64,000 bases of DNA, taken from contig OZ234493.1 in the NCBI GenBank assembly GCA_965153455.1, positions 29,254,213 through 29,318,212 on the forward strand, read 5' to 3'. Shown here piece after piece: positions 27,301-40,150 of this stretch (position 1 is its first letter; the number at the start of each line of letters is the position of its first letter). This stretch comes from Sphagnum compactum. Lineage: Eukaryota. Under the pieces are notes generated by a model. It saw nothing but the letters and a program-made list of their open reading frames with translations. It was not told the origin of the DNA and did not search any database. The position numbers and the translations under genes are program-made.

Positions 27301-28503
27301 CTTTCAATTTTTATTATAGCTTTTTGGGTTGGCTGTATATAAAGCCAAAATGCTATATTAAAAACTAGAAGTGTGCTAAAATCATGTGCTTTTTGAGATT
27401 TCCAATAACCATAATTCGATCAAAATTTAAGAAAAACCGACAGATTTATTTATATATATGGTCCAAGTAGGTAGCCAAAAATATAAAAGTATGTTTTCAA
27501 ATTTACACTTTCATATTTAGCTTGTAGTCAAATTTGAATAAATTTTCCAGTGGATCATCGCCATTTTGGCTATTCCAACAAAATTGCTCCCCCCCAGACC
27601 CCCCCCCCAAAAAAAAAAACACTGGACATCATCTCCGTCTTCTTCTTCCTGTTGTTGTTGTTGTTCTTCACTTTCAGATTCTGTTACAACTTTCAAACAA
27701 GGATCCCGATCATCAGCCGCAGCAGCAGCAGCAGCTTCAGTTGCTTTTGTCTCACACACACACAGAGACATTCGAGAGCTTTTTCAAATCCTAGTCCCTG
27801 CTGCAATCTACAGTGACCCTGGGCCCTCCTTGCTTGTGTGCGTGCCTGAAGGGCAGAAAGCCCCCTCAATTGTTGTAGCGCGCGCATTTCAAACTACTTC
27901 AGCAGCCTCATTTGCTTTTGTAAGTTCCTCAAGGGCACCCCCCTGGACTCACTTCGCTGCTTTCTTTCTTTCTTTTTTGCTTGCTTGCTTGCATGCATGC
28001 TTGCATGAAGTTCTGCACAAGGACTGCCCAAGGTTCTGCATCGAAACTACTTTGCTTCTCGATAGACTGAAGAACACTTGCTTGGAGATTGATCTGAACG
28101 TTTGCCATTCCGTTTTTTTTTTTTTTGGCTCAAAAGGAGAATGAACGTGATCTGCATGATCGTCGTGAAGAAGCGCACACTTCTTCCCTGAGAGGCTCCT
28201 GCTAGTTTTCCTCTCATCAGCGGTCGCCAGTACGTTATCTGCAACCTTTTGCTCGTCTACCTGTGAAGCTTTCTAACGAGATCTGCCTGCCTGCATGTCT
28301 TTCTGTGTAGCAAACGTTCGTCAATATTATACATGTGTATCACCCTTCTAGCGGTGGACCAGAAATGCTGATACATGCATGGGAATCCTTGGAGCCTGCA
28401 GCTCTCGCTCGCGCGGTTCTCGGTTGAGCAAAGAATACCTTCAAGCCTCTCGATCGATTGAACGGGAAGAGCGCTTCAAATTCGATAACGATCTCTGCTC
28501 ACA

Positions 28504-31500
28504 ATGACGACGATCTCGATCTCCAAGTCCAAGCATCGATTGTCCCCGTCTTTGGCGACACTCTCCCTGGAGAATTTTTCTCAGCAGCAGAGAAGTCCCC
28601 TCCCATCCTCTAATGAAAGCACTAATGCTTCAGGAATCGCTTCTGTCAGTCCCCTTGTACAACGAAAACGGCATTCTGGTGAGCTACCTATGATGACCTC
28701 CTCCTCCTCCTCCTCCTGCAATGTCAAGAAGCCAGCCAGGAGGAGAGCAAGATCGACGTTAGGCGGTGGAGAAGATTTTATGAACGGCCTTGACTTCGCA
28801 GCAGGAGCACCTGCAGGAGGAGCTTCTTCACAGGGCTCTGAAGAAAATAAACCAGTCCTTTTCTTCACGTCCAAAGGTGTGTTGTGCTCGTTATTGTCCT
28901 TTTCTGCAGCGTTCTTCAAATTGTCACTCCTGCTTCTTCTGATCAAGAAATGCTGTCCAGAGAGTCATAGTCTGTGCGCGCTGCAAGCTTTTCTTCATAT
29001 CTTCTTCCTTCCCGACGTAGCACTTATCCTGGCGAGTCCTTACACGCTGAAGTCTTACCTCTTTTTTTGTCGCAGCTCCAGGTCTCCATGAGAACGGATG
29101 CGTCAGTAGTGTGCAATCTACAAGAGTATGTCCAAAGGCATCAGCAGCAGCGCCACCACCATCAGCGAAAGAGAAGCAGACCTCCGGAATGGGGAAATCG
29201 GGATCAGCTGCAGGTTCAGTCTATCATCAGTCCGCGAAACTGGAGCGCTGCTTGTCGGAACGAGCAACAACCAGAATTGGAAACAGGACGATTCCCTTAC
29301 CAGATATCTACTTGCCCCTGGATTGTCCTCCTCTAGAGCTCGTCACACATGGAAGAAGCCCTCAATACAATCTCCCCAGCGGCCGCGGGAGTGAGGATGA
29401 CACAGAAGAAGAGGTTGTTGTATGTGAGGAGCCGCCGCAGCAACAAGTGAAGAAACAGGAAGAGGAGGAGATCATCGAGGAGAGTTATACAGTTCTGGAA
29501 AAGCGATGTGCAAGTGAAAACCCGAATGCTGCTGCTGCTGAGATCCTAGACGAAAGATGTGCTTCTTCTTCTCAGCTGGAGATGGACCCAAGGACCTCCT
29601 CCTTGCAGGAACATGATGATGAGTGCAACGTCGAGGAGCAACGGACTCGGGCTGCTCCTATCTTCCACCGAAGATGTGCTTCTCAGGCGATGGAGGATCC
29701 GAGCTCCACCCCCTCCTTGCGGGCGGAACGTGATGATGACCACCGCCTCGTCAATGAGCGACGTCGGGCTGCTGCAATGCTTCACCGAAGATGTGCTTCT
29801 CAAGCGATGGAGCATCCAAGCTTCACCTCCTCCTTGCAGCCTGAACGTGACGATGACCGCCTCGTCAATGAGCGACGTCGGGCTGCTGCTATTCTCCACC
29901 GAAGATTTGCTTCTCAGGCGATGGATCCTCCAAGCTTCACCTCCTCCTTGCAGCCGGAACGTGATGATGACTGGCCCGATTCAATTGGTGGGCAGCAAGG
30001 AATCATGCAGCAGGCACAAACTCTCTTTGGACAAGACGATGTGGAGAAGCCTAACAAGGAGCCATTGAAAGCGACAATGGAAGAAGATCCTTCTTCAAAT
30101 GTGAGCCATGTTGAAGAAGCATCTGAGATGGCGAAGATGGAGTCGGAACTGAGTCCTAGTATTCTTGCTGCAGACCAGGAATCAAATGCAAACGAAATTG
30201 CTGCCTCCGTAGAGCTGCACACATCGCCGGAGCAGTCACCAAGCGGTGAGTCTCTTGCTGAGCACCAAGAGTCAAGCAACGCTCTTGAGAAGTTCGAACA
30301 CGACGTGACCTTTGCTTCGGAAGCATTGGGCACTCCAGATTTACAGTCTGGAGCTGCAGCAAATGAACTTGGTGCCGCAAATCAGGTAGTGAATGAGAGC
30401 TGCAGGGGCACCCCTGGAGGCTTTCGTGTGTGCTTTCATCCTACGAGTCCATCACTACGAACCTCTGAGACATCAAGAGTTTCGGAAGATCTGTTTCTGG
30501 AAGAAGATGGATCACAAGCAAATGGAAGCCAGAACATTCTTCACGATTCTTCATTCAAGTTACAACAGGAGCACTGTCCAGAAAGTTGTATCGAGCGACA
30601 AGAAAATGAAGAAGCTGGCAAGGTTCTTCTTCTTCTACCCTCAGCAGCAGCAGCTGCTGCTCAAGATTTGCTGGACTTGTCACAGTCAGGGCTACCAAAT
30701 CTGGGGTCTGAGTCTGGCAGAAAGTCTATGGGTATGTCCAAGATCAGCATGATGAGCACAGACGAGAGCTCTTCTTCTTCTTCCTCTTGTTCTTCTTCTT
30801 GTGGGTGGACTTCAGCTTCTGCGGTCTCTTCAAAGCTGCCAGATGCTGCTGATGATCATCAGGAGCTGGATTTGAGTAGTGAACCTGCAGCTGCAAAAGA
30901 TAAGAAAAGCTTCAGCACTTCTCAGCATGTTGAACTCGTTGTTCCAGCAGGGTTGGTCACTGCTGCTGCAGCTGGGAAAGTCACTGAGGAACAACTCACT
31001 GAAGCTGCGTTTCTATCAAACCTTGGTTATCATCATGCAGACAAAGAAACAGCATTGAGGTGTGCAAGCTCACAGAATCTTCTTCAGCAACCTCGTGGTG
31101 GTTCTGCTGCCGCTGCTTCCACTAACAGGACGACTGTATTTCGTTCCAAATCAACAGGAAGACACACTGCCAGACTTGCTATTCGAGAGCCGGGTGTGGG
31201 GTTGGCCAGTGCATACAGTGATTCTGAGCAAGATGTAAGTACATCATGTTGTCTAGAGCTGGAGCATCAAAACACCATCAAATTCTTGCCCATTCAAATC
31301 AGTTCTAGTTTGCAAGGATGCAAATATGTGCGCCTTCTTTATTTCGATCCCTTGACACCTTCTCTGTTTTGCTCCCAAGTTGACACCAGCTTCTTTGTTT
31401 TGCTTGTACAGGCAAACTTGGCAACAGTGAGTGCTGCTGAAAATCATTTACCATTGGAGCACCCTCAAGTCTGTAGTTCAAGGTTCAGCAAGGTTGATTT

Positions 31501-33261
31501 GAATGCATGTCACAAGGTCCATCATGACAGGATACTACCCAAGCAATTTCTCGATGTGATTTTAACAGGAAGTGCGAGACGCCATGGCCTTCCAAAGAAA
31601 AAGTTGATAGATGACAACCATAACAACATCCCTGTTATCAACTATAATCGATTCAGCTCTCCAACAGAGAATGCAGCAGCAGCAGGGCACCACCCCTATC
31701 TTGAACCTCACCTGAACAGCAAGGGGAATGGTGAGAGAACATCAACTTCTGGACCAGAAGAGCAATTCATGAAGTATGCTGTACAAGATGTGTTTATGCA
31801 AGAAGAGAACAGCAAAGGTGCCAGTTACTCATTTACAATTTCTCCTCCTCTTATTCCTTCAAGAGTAGGTTGCAGAAATCAATTCCATAATTCAGTTTAG
31901 CATTCAATAGTATCTATCAATGAGGACTTGAGATTCCTACACTTGCACATAGGCTTGACATGCCAAGATTTCTGCAGGTGGTACTTGAAGTCTTGCTAGT
32001 TTTGAGGGATTGATTTTGTAGACTGGGGAAACTGACAGTGGCCAGCTTTGGGTATTTGCAAGATGCAGGTACTGTTGCGATGGCATTGAAATCTGAAAAG
32101 GTTGAGACAAACCAAATCACAGCATTGATGGAGAGCTCTGCTTTTCCAAGAGCTGCTGTTGCAGCAGAGTCTGGCTTGGCCAGTGAGAGACCAGAAGCAG
32201 AATCTGGGCGTCACAAGATGAATGTAAATCATGTGACAGGTTGTTTTGGTCCCATGATTTCCACAGCCAATGGGGTACAACTGCAAAAGGGGACCAAGCT
32301 GATGAACGCAGGTATATTGGGACCCACACTTGGTAGAGATCAGATATCTGCAAGCTGACACAATGCTCACAGTCTGATCTGCACGACAGTAGCAAAACAG
32401 TCTAGGTGCAATGTGATCTGTGATCATTTCCAGAAGGCAGGTTTGTGAATGGTATGTTGTTTTGCAGTGTTTGTATGTATTAAGCCTTCCTGCATGCATT
32501 CATGTGCAGAATGCCAGCAGCAAAATAAAACTGACTTCATGAACCCAAGGTTTGGAATGGTGCAAGCAATGAGCAGCAATCCTGTGAGCAAACTAGCTCC
32601 CTTGATGGCAAAACCAACACATGAGGGAAAGGTGATGCTTAATACCAATGATAAGCCACAAAGTATGAGAGAGATGCTTCTAGTGTCTCCACGACAGAGT
32701 CTTGAGGAGTATCCTTCAATCTACATCCTTGGCAACCCTTCATTTTCGAGCTCCCATCAGGATAGATTGTGGGAGGAGCAAGCAGAAGCATATTCCAGTG
32801 GAGGAAGAGGAACTCCTGGTCGTGATCAAGAGAATTCAACAGCAGCTGCCTTCCTTGCCCCCAGACCTGCTTCCGCAGGTTCGGGTGATGTTCTTCTTCC
32901 ATCATCAGCCTCTTTGTCAGTAAGAAAAGGAGCATCAGATGCAACTGTAGTCCCCACCTCTGCCGATACATGGATTGAGAAAGGCAAAAGCCAGAGTGGG
33001 AAGAAGCGGAAGGCAAAAAAGGCAAGCAAACCTCGTACCCCATTGCAGAGCCTACTTGCTGAAGAAATAAAAGGCAAGGATTCTGACACAAACTCAGTCA
33101 ACTGGTCGTCATCATCAGGCACTAATCCTTGCATGAAGCAATTGATGTTGAGAATTAGGGGAAATCTGGCACCAAAATCCTCTAGTCCAAAGAGTCAACA
33201 CAGCAGATCACATAGATCCAGCTTCTGGACTAGCTGCATTTGCTTTTCTCCTATCCCATAG
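28504..33261 (+). CDS. Uncharacterised ~1320-aa Ser/Glu/Ala-rich, likely disordered protein with a TPLxxLL motif and Cys-containing tail; 5 coding exons
   Basis: Exons 28504-28876, 29076-31234, 31412-31817, 32039-32311 and 32510-33261. All introns are GT-AG with matching phases (1,0,1,1) and join four ORF-track ORFs into one 3963-nt frame. Ends KPRTPLQSLLAEE...SFWTSCICFSPIP*. Possible 5'UTR intron at 27920-28310. Confidence 0.8.
29540..29971 (+). repeat. In-frame coding tandem repeat, 114-117 nt (38-39 aa) x~3.7
   Basis: Units of the type HRRCASQAME.PS.T.SLQ.ERDDD.RLVNERRRAAA, anchored at 29554, 29671, 29788 and 29902. Confidence 0.9.
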
Positions 33262-34163
33262 GTGCTGAGGCCTGGAAGAGCCTTACTTTGTTCTAACAAC
33301 TGGATTTGGTACAATACTTCTATTCAATGGTTACCAATATAGATACATAGATTAGTCCAAAATCAAACTAAATAACTTCCTATATGTCAATATGTATCTG
33401 AAACATCATCCCTCAAGCTTGAAAGCCTCATCAATCTTAGAGCCTCCTCCAGCTTCTCCCAAATCTCATATCTCTTTGCATCAATTACTGTACAAGCTAT
33501 GCAGCTCATTTGAGAAATGAAAGTTGTATATTTAATAGAATGGTGATTTATGTGCTGAGGAATGTTGTACGATATATTTAGATATCTATCTAAATGCAAC
33601 AAGATTGCATTGGCCAGTGATCAGCATGCTGAAGTTGTTTAGATCAGTTGGTTGCATGAATATTATAACAAGTTGAAAGCAGAGATGATCTCCATCTATC
33701 CTCTGCATTTTGTGAACCACATCTGGCAGGTCTTGTGCAGTAGAGTTTAGGGTTTAGGGTTCAGCCAAATAAAATGTTGACATCAGGGGGTGAAGTCTAG
33801 ATTACCAATATCCGAACAATACTGGTACTCATTCACCTAATACCAAAGATATTGAGGATTTCTTTTCTTTTTTTTTCAAATTTTGTGATGTAGCCACACT
33901 GGTGATCATCCACAAGATAACCCACAAGGAATTAGCAAACTTTAGCTACAAGTCGGAGAGGAAAGTAGAAAATTCACAAACCCTACTATATTTTGGCAAC
34001 ATTCTAGAACCTACCATTTAAATATGGCAATTTCAGAAAGAAACAAATTGCTAACCGTGTAATGTCTCTGCCCTAACATTGAAGAATATTATTGCAAGCG
34101 TTATATTAAGTGAGATATGTTGGTCATTATCCTATCATCATTATTTTTGCCTTATTATTATTG

Positions 34164-34860
34164 TCAATATCTTTTAGAGAAAAAATATTTTTTACAAAAT
34201 ATGTGATGGTATTGTGGGACATAGTTTAGAAATTTGAATGCAAAATATATTGGTTTATGGTCAATCCAATAAGCTTCAACAACTCCAAACATGCATTGTT
34301 GAGTGGGTGCATCTGTCCATATGTGATTAATATGGGATCCATAAATTGTTGTAATTTCTTTAAATTGAAGTTCCATTGAATATCGGTCCATAGAATTCAT
34401 TTGGTTGTGTTGAGTTTTGATCTAGCATGTCAACCTTGAAATCACCAATTTTTATCGTGAGACAAGAAATTGGCATTAGATCCAAAAACATTTTAAGGTG
34501 AATTATAAACATTGACAAGGATAATGTTGAAGGTCTGTATATTGCTATTATATGAATGACCTTTCTTGTATTTGCATTGAATGTTGTTGCAATATACTCG
34601 ACTCTTAAAGATGTAAAAGTTTCGTGTGATGATAAGGTTGTGAAATTGTCATATATAATCATTGTACCATTTCAACCATTTACAATCATTGAATGTGTTC
34701 TTGTATCAATGTTCAAAATGTATTGTTAGACATTAATGTGTTGAAATGTGTTTCATTGAGGCACAATATGTGAACTGTTTTGAGATTGTAATCCAAAAAA
34801 ACATCATTTTTATGTAAAGACAATGATCTAGTATTGAGATAATCGATTAGTACATGTGAA
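34164..34860 (-). pseudogene. Apurinic/apyrimidinic (EEP-fold) endonuclease domain remnant of the Helentron
   Basis: Motifs YLNTRSL, ILCLNET, IAIYRP, IGDFKVD, TTIYGSHINHIW and YWIDHKPIY. Confidence 0.85.
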
Positions 34861-34959
34861 TCATGAAATGTATGCAGTTTGGGGACAAGTACATCCCATC
34901 AGTGCATCTCCATGGCAATACTTGGATCAATTTGAAAAAAAATCATCTATAAAGGTTGT

Positions 34960-36300
34960 AAAAGGTAAGAATTTTCCTTTTTCTTAACACGAAAAAATGT
35001 TGTATATGTCAAACCATGTTTACAAACATAAGTAGGATCAAATGTTAAATAATTAAGTGTTAATCCTTGTGCTCAATGTATAGTTTCAGATGCAACCAAT
35101 TGAATGGGAAATTATGTTCTTGTTATAATGTGAAAAGAATTTGAACCAATTTCAATATCTTGGGATATGGGTTCCACGTAGGATGTATTTCATATTCATA
35201 CAAATGCGAATTTTTCATTCTTGTGAGTTGACCACATTTGGGATTACTAAATAATATCCATATGACTTCTTGTGAATTGAGTACTTTAGTTGATCCTTGG
35301 AATATTCCATTTGCACCATTTACAAAACCATCATGTGTTGCATAATTTCTAGCACAAATTTCAACCAACATATTTTTATTTACTTGAACTTGTAAATGCA
35401 GTCATGTTGTGAAATTTGCATCATTTTGTAATTGAAATGATTGAAGACATGTATCATGATGTCTATCTTGTGTTTGCAATATGAATACATCCCTTTCACT
35501 TCGAAAGAAAATCAATGCATTATGTTTTTGATTTACTTCATTTGTGTAAAATAAATATGGAAAAATTTAGGATCATTTAGTGATGTATGAAAACATTGAT
35601 TATTTATGGGATCCACATCTGATTACTATTGTGTAGCAGTTCGAAATTGATTTAAAATGTTAATGGATTGTTCATCACTTTGACACATGACTTGTTTCAA
35701 TTCATAACATTTAATTTTATGCATCCAAAAAATTAGAGGTAAACTATCAATGTTGTTTGCATTAGTTTTGAAAACTCCTACATCACAAACTAGTTGAAAG
35801 TTCTTGATAAAAATCCCCAATGATAATTACATCAAAATTTCCAAAAAAATTGATGTGAATATGTTTGATTGATCTTAATCGAAGATCAATAAATTTCATT
35901 TCCCTATTAATGAAATTTCATCTAATATTATTACTTGTAAATTGGTCATATTTCTTAACTAAATTATCTAATCGTTTTGAATTTAATGATGGTAAATCTT
36001 TACAATTAATTGGTATAGAAATACTTGAATGAATTGTAATTCCATCAATGTTAAATGTTGTTTTTCTAATATATGCCATGAATAAAACTTTCTTTTTTAA
36101 AGGGTTTGATTGAGGATGTCTATTATAAAAACGTATCAAAGCTTGAATTTAAAACATTAATTTAAAAATTTTACTTGTATCAACACCTCTAGTAATGGAT
36201 ATCTAAATTGGTTCATTTGGATTTTGTCTTTTTCTATCAAATATAAAGCATTGTTCATTATTCATTTTTTGAAGTAGTGAATGGAATTCATGGGTAGGCA
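34960..36300 (-). pseudogene. Pif1-family (SF1B) helicase remnant of the Helentron
   Basis: Degenerate Walker A ITRGVDTSK (~36160-36200), AFNI-like TFNIDGITIHS, ELKQVMCQSD, NYATHDGFVNGANG, TIH*AQGLTL and HGLTYTTFFRVK. Confidence 0.85.
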
Positions 36301-36799
36301 TAATTTGGTCTTGAACATCAATTTGGTTGAATAAGGAATAATGGAAACACTTATACATGGGTTAACAATATATTCATTACAAATGTTATATGGTTCCACT
36401 CCAGTTCAATCAGTAATATTTTGTGATGAAAACCTGATATTTGCATTAGGAAATTTATCCATCCATACATTAGTGTCATTTTTTGTTGCCGATTCAAGAG
36501 CTTGTGATTCTATTTTTTCCCAATTTATTGTGTATGCATTATTATTATCACATATATATATAATTGATTTGTATGTCATGCATGTTATATGTCACACTCC
36601 ATGTGGAATGGTCACCTTTGAGAGTATATTCATTATCAAAGAAAGGCATAAACAATAATAATTATTTTCTATAGTAGTCTTATGGGTTTCGATGTTCATT
36701 ATAATGCACATAAAGAATTATATGAATTTTTTCCCTTTTTCTAAGATTTACAATGTCATAATTTGTAATAAATTCAATGACAAAAAATTTAAATAAATA

Positions 36800-38060
36800 G
36801 TTAGGCCTTTTGATTTATTTATTAATGATTGACGGACACATAATATCTGTAGAGTCCAAAGGAAGTTGTTTTAAATGATGCAACATTTTTTAATACAAAT
36901 GCACGTTCTTGTAATGGGGATGTACTAATGAATTTAACTATTTTAGATGCATGGTACAATGGTATAGACAACACGATATATGCAACTATTTGTGGTGTCA
37001 TTTGTTGAACATTAAGAAAAGCATTTCCCATCTTTCAAATGCAAGCATGTGTTTCAAATTTTTTTTATTACAACTAATAATTATATTTTTCAACTCTTTT
37101 GTCATTGTTTTATATATTTTTGTTGGATAAGATGTGCAATAACTAGCTACAACATAAGGGTCAAGTATGAATTGAACATTTGTGTTTGCTTGCCAAAGAT
37201 TTCCAACTTGAATACCAAAGGGATTTGTTCGTATGTCTTTACATAATCTTTGTAAAAAAATTGTTGGGTTTTTAAATTTTACTTGTAATGCATTGATGTA
37301 TGTTTCTTTATTTATAGAAAAAAAATTTAGTAATGCGCCAAATGACATAGATGTTTATAAATCAATTTTATTAAGTTCATAAAAAATTCTTTTTTTAATT
37401 TCACCTAAATGAACCCTTTTTGAAGGGGTTAAAAGTTCCATTGGGAATGGTTCAAGGATTTGTATTTTTTCCATAGGAGGCCATGGAAAACTAAATCAAC
37501 AAATGGCTTGATTTTTCTTCTTACAAGTCTTTTTGTGATGATGTGTTTAAACTTCGTGAAGATTAGGTTTTAGTTTATTATTATCACATGATATATATTT
37601 ATCCACATAGTTTTCAATTGCATTGTTTGAATCCAAACCATAAATTGGTGCATTTGCAACCCATAAAAGTCCATGGTCATGTTGACTTCCACAACTTAAA
37701 AATTTTGTAACAAAGAAAAAATCTAATAAATGCCCCAAATTCGAATTATCTTTCATACACAATGTACGAAAAGGTTTCATACGATGATCATAATGTTATG
37801 CACATGTAATAGGATCGCATCGTATAAGATTTGCAACATGTTTGGGTTCTAATTTGTCGAAAGGAATGTTAAATCCTAATTTTTTACTATTTAAATCATA
37901 TAAACATTTTAATAAAGGAGACCATTTACTTTTAGCACTAGTAAATGTAACAAAAAATGTTGTGAAACCTAATTGTCAAATCATTGCAAAGACATCTTTC
38001 CTTAATCGACTTAGATAATTAGGTGAAGATGTCCCTTTACGTATGCACACCCAAAATGAT
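36800..38060 (-). pseudogene. Rep (HUH endonuclease) remnant of the Helentron
   Basis: KDVFAMI*QLGFTTFFVTFTSA (motif 1), GSQHDHGLLW (HUH motif), WQANTNVQFILDPYVVASYCTSY (Y motif) and AYIVLSIPL. Confidence 0.85.
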
Positions 38061-38479
38061 GAAATAACATAATGAATCAATATTTTAATAGCTTTTAAAA
38101 ACAAATTTGGTATATGTGTGGTAAATTTATGATTTTTATGTAAGAGTTCCCATTAAGCAATCATTTGATAAGACATTTTTATTTCTTGGTTGCTATGAAA
38201 TTGTCTAGAAAACAATGTTGGAAAGTTCAATTTTTCACAATGGGGATTTTGAGAAAAACCCAATGGTTTGAATTCTTGGCTTGGTGTCACAACATAACAT
38301 TTTTAAAATAATCATATATTTGTTTGGAAGATAATATGTTTTACACCATTATATCTATTAATATGTCTTCTTGTTCTTCTTCAAATATATCTTCATTATT
38401 ATGGTCACATGATTCATCAACTATGTCACAAGAAACATTAATATTGGTTTGCATTGATAATAAAAACATATCAAGCCAT

Positions 38480-38900
38480 CGTGGATGAATTGTTATTCCA
38501 AAATTCTCATATAATGGTGTGTTGAAAAGATCATGTAATGCCAACATAATGAGGTTCGGACGGACATTGCCTATTAAATATGGTGATTTATATTACATTC
38601 GTCTTTTTAATGATATGCCAATTGTTGCTTCATCATGAGGAAGATGAAGTAACATTGATTGGGTAGAATTGATATTGGATGGAACATTTATAATACTTCC
38701 TTTTATGTTATATTGTCCATAACCTTGGAGTTGCCAAATTTGAGCAAATGTTAAACGAAGTGATAATAATCATTCTTCTAATTCATTTATTTTTTTTATA
38801 GAATCTATGTCATTGTTCAATCTAGTATGTGTAAGAACTAAAAGCTTTGGTGTTTTATTTTTATTAAAGAAAGAATAACAACTTTTACACAATAATGGAT
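38480..38900 (-). pseudogene. DUF6570-like domain remnant (Helitron-associated)
   Basis: NELEE*LLSLRLTFAQIWQLQGYGQYNIKGSIINVP...TIGISLKRRM*YKSPYLIGNVRP...ALHDLFNTPLY. Confidence 0.75.
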
Positions 38901-39593
38901 TTTTTTCTTGAGGTGGAACATGTAAAAATATTTTTGAATTGTGGATTTTAATATTCTGTTTGTTTGTTTTTTAAAGAAAATCGATGACATGGATGAATGG
39001 GTCTATCTAATAATTGTTGAAAATATTCATCATGATGAGGTGAAGAATTTTTCAATGTTCTCAAAATATTCATGTATTATATTTGAAGTCAATGTATTAT
39101 GAACAATAAAAGTTGAAGATGGTTGTTCAATGTGCAATGGTTGCATAGGGTTATTGCATGTCAATATGTCAAATTGTGGATTTTCATGTGAATGTTGTTC
39201 TAGAGAATCTGTTTGTGGAATGTCATTAAGGCCAACATTTGTATTTGTTAATGTTTTTATGTTGTTTAAACAACAATTAATATTTTTTTTCAAGATTTAC
39301 ATTTTTTTATGAAGGTGACATAGATCATAATATACTTGAGTGAATTTCAATTCTAAGGTGTAATTGTTGATAAGAATTATGTTTGCTATATATAAAGTGG
39401 AAGATGGAAATGTAGTCATTAAATTTTTTAATTATTCATTGTGCATCATTTTCCAATGGAAATGTTAGGATTTTTCAATCACACTTTCATATGATATTTC
39501 AATTTTTTGTTTTTGTGGCTGCATCATATCATCGTTTCCATACAAAGGTAGAAATTATTTTTGACCTCGTTGTTTAATGGACATTGTTCTTGA

Positions 39594-40150
39594 TTAGTTG
39601 GTATGTTTTGTTTGTGGTAACATGTTTTGGTTTACTTCCCATGAGGCATTGTAGAAAGTGATTGGTTCATAATGCCCATTTCTAGCATTTACCATGTCAT
39701 TGTGATAAAATAATTGTAATGTGCTATTGTATATGAAATCATCACCTGCTCGAAAACATACCACACAATTATTTTTTGACCAAACATGGATGGGCCTATG
39801 TAAATAATTTGCCAAGCAAAATATGGCATGATTATCACCCCATAAACCTCCAAAGTTGGCACTTATGCTCATTTTTTTAATATAGGTTTGTAAAAAAATT
39901 ATATTATGATCTTCAGATAATAAAGAAACATTGAAATGAATATTAATCAATTCTTGAATTTGGGGATCAATGAGTTGTTGAAGGGATTGTGAAAAATGGG
40001 TCATGCATTGAGTTCGAAGTTAAAGTGAAGTTTGGGAATAATGAAGTAAAAATGTTAAAGAATCAAACAAACAATCACCATGTACAAAAGGATAAATTTG
40101 AATTCGTTGAAGATGGTGACCATGAAGCACAATATCAATGTTCATTATGA
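39594..40150 (-). pseudogene. OTU-like cysteine protease domain at the N-terminus of the Helentron ORF
   Basis: Two in-frame ORFs separated by one stop: HGDCLFDSL (Cys box), LWGDNHAIFCLANYLHRPIHVW and GHYEPI (His box). Confidence 0.8.

Noticed and set aside
27517-28244. Several overlapping ORFs of up to 192 aa
   Set aside because: Simple-repeat-rich promoter/5'UTR and probable UTR intron of the downstream gene; no recognisable domain.
29111-31900. 929-aa single-exon protein as given by the ORF track
   Set aside because: It begins at GTG inside exon 2 and reads into introns. The spliced 5-exon model explains the region better.
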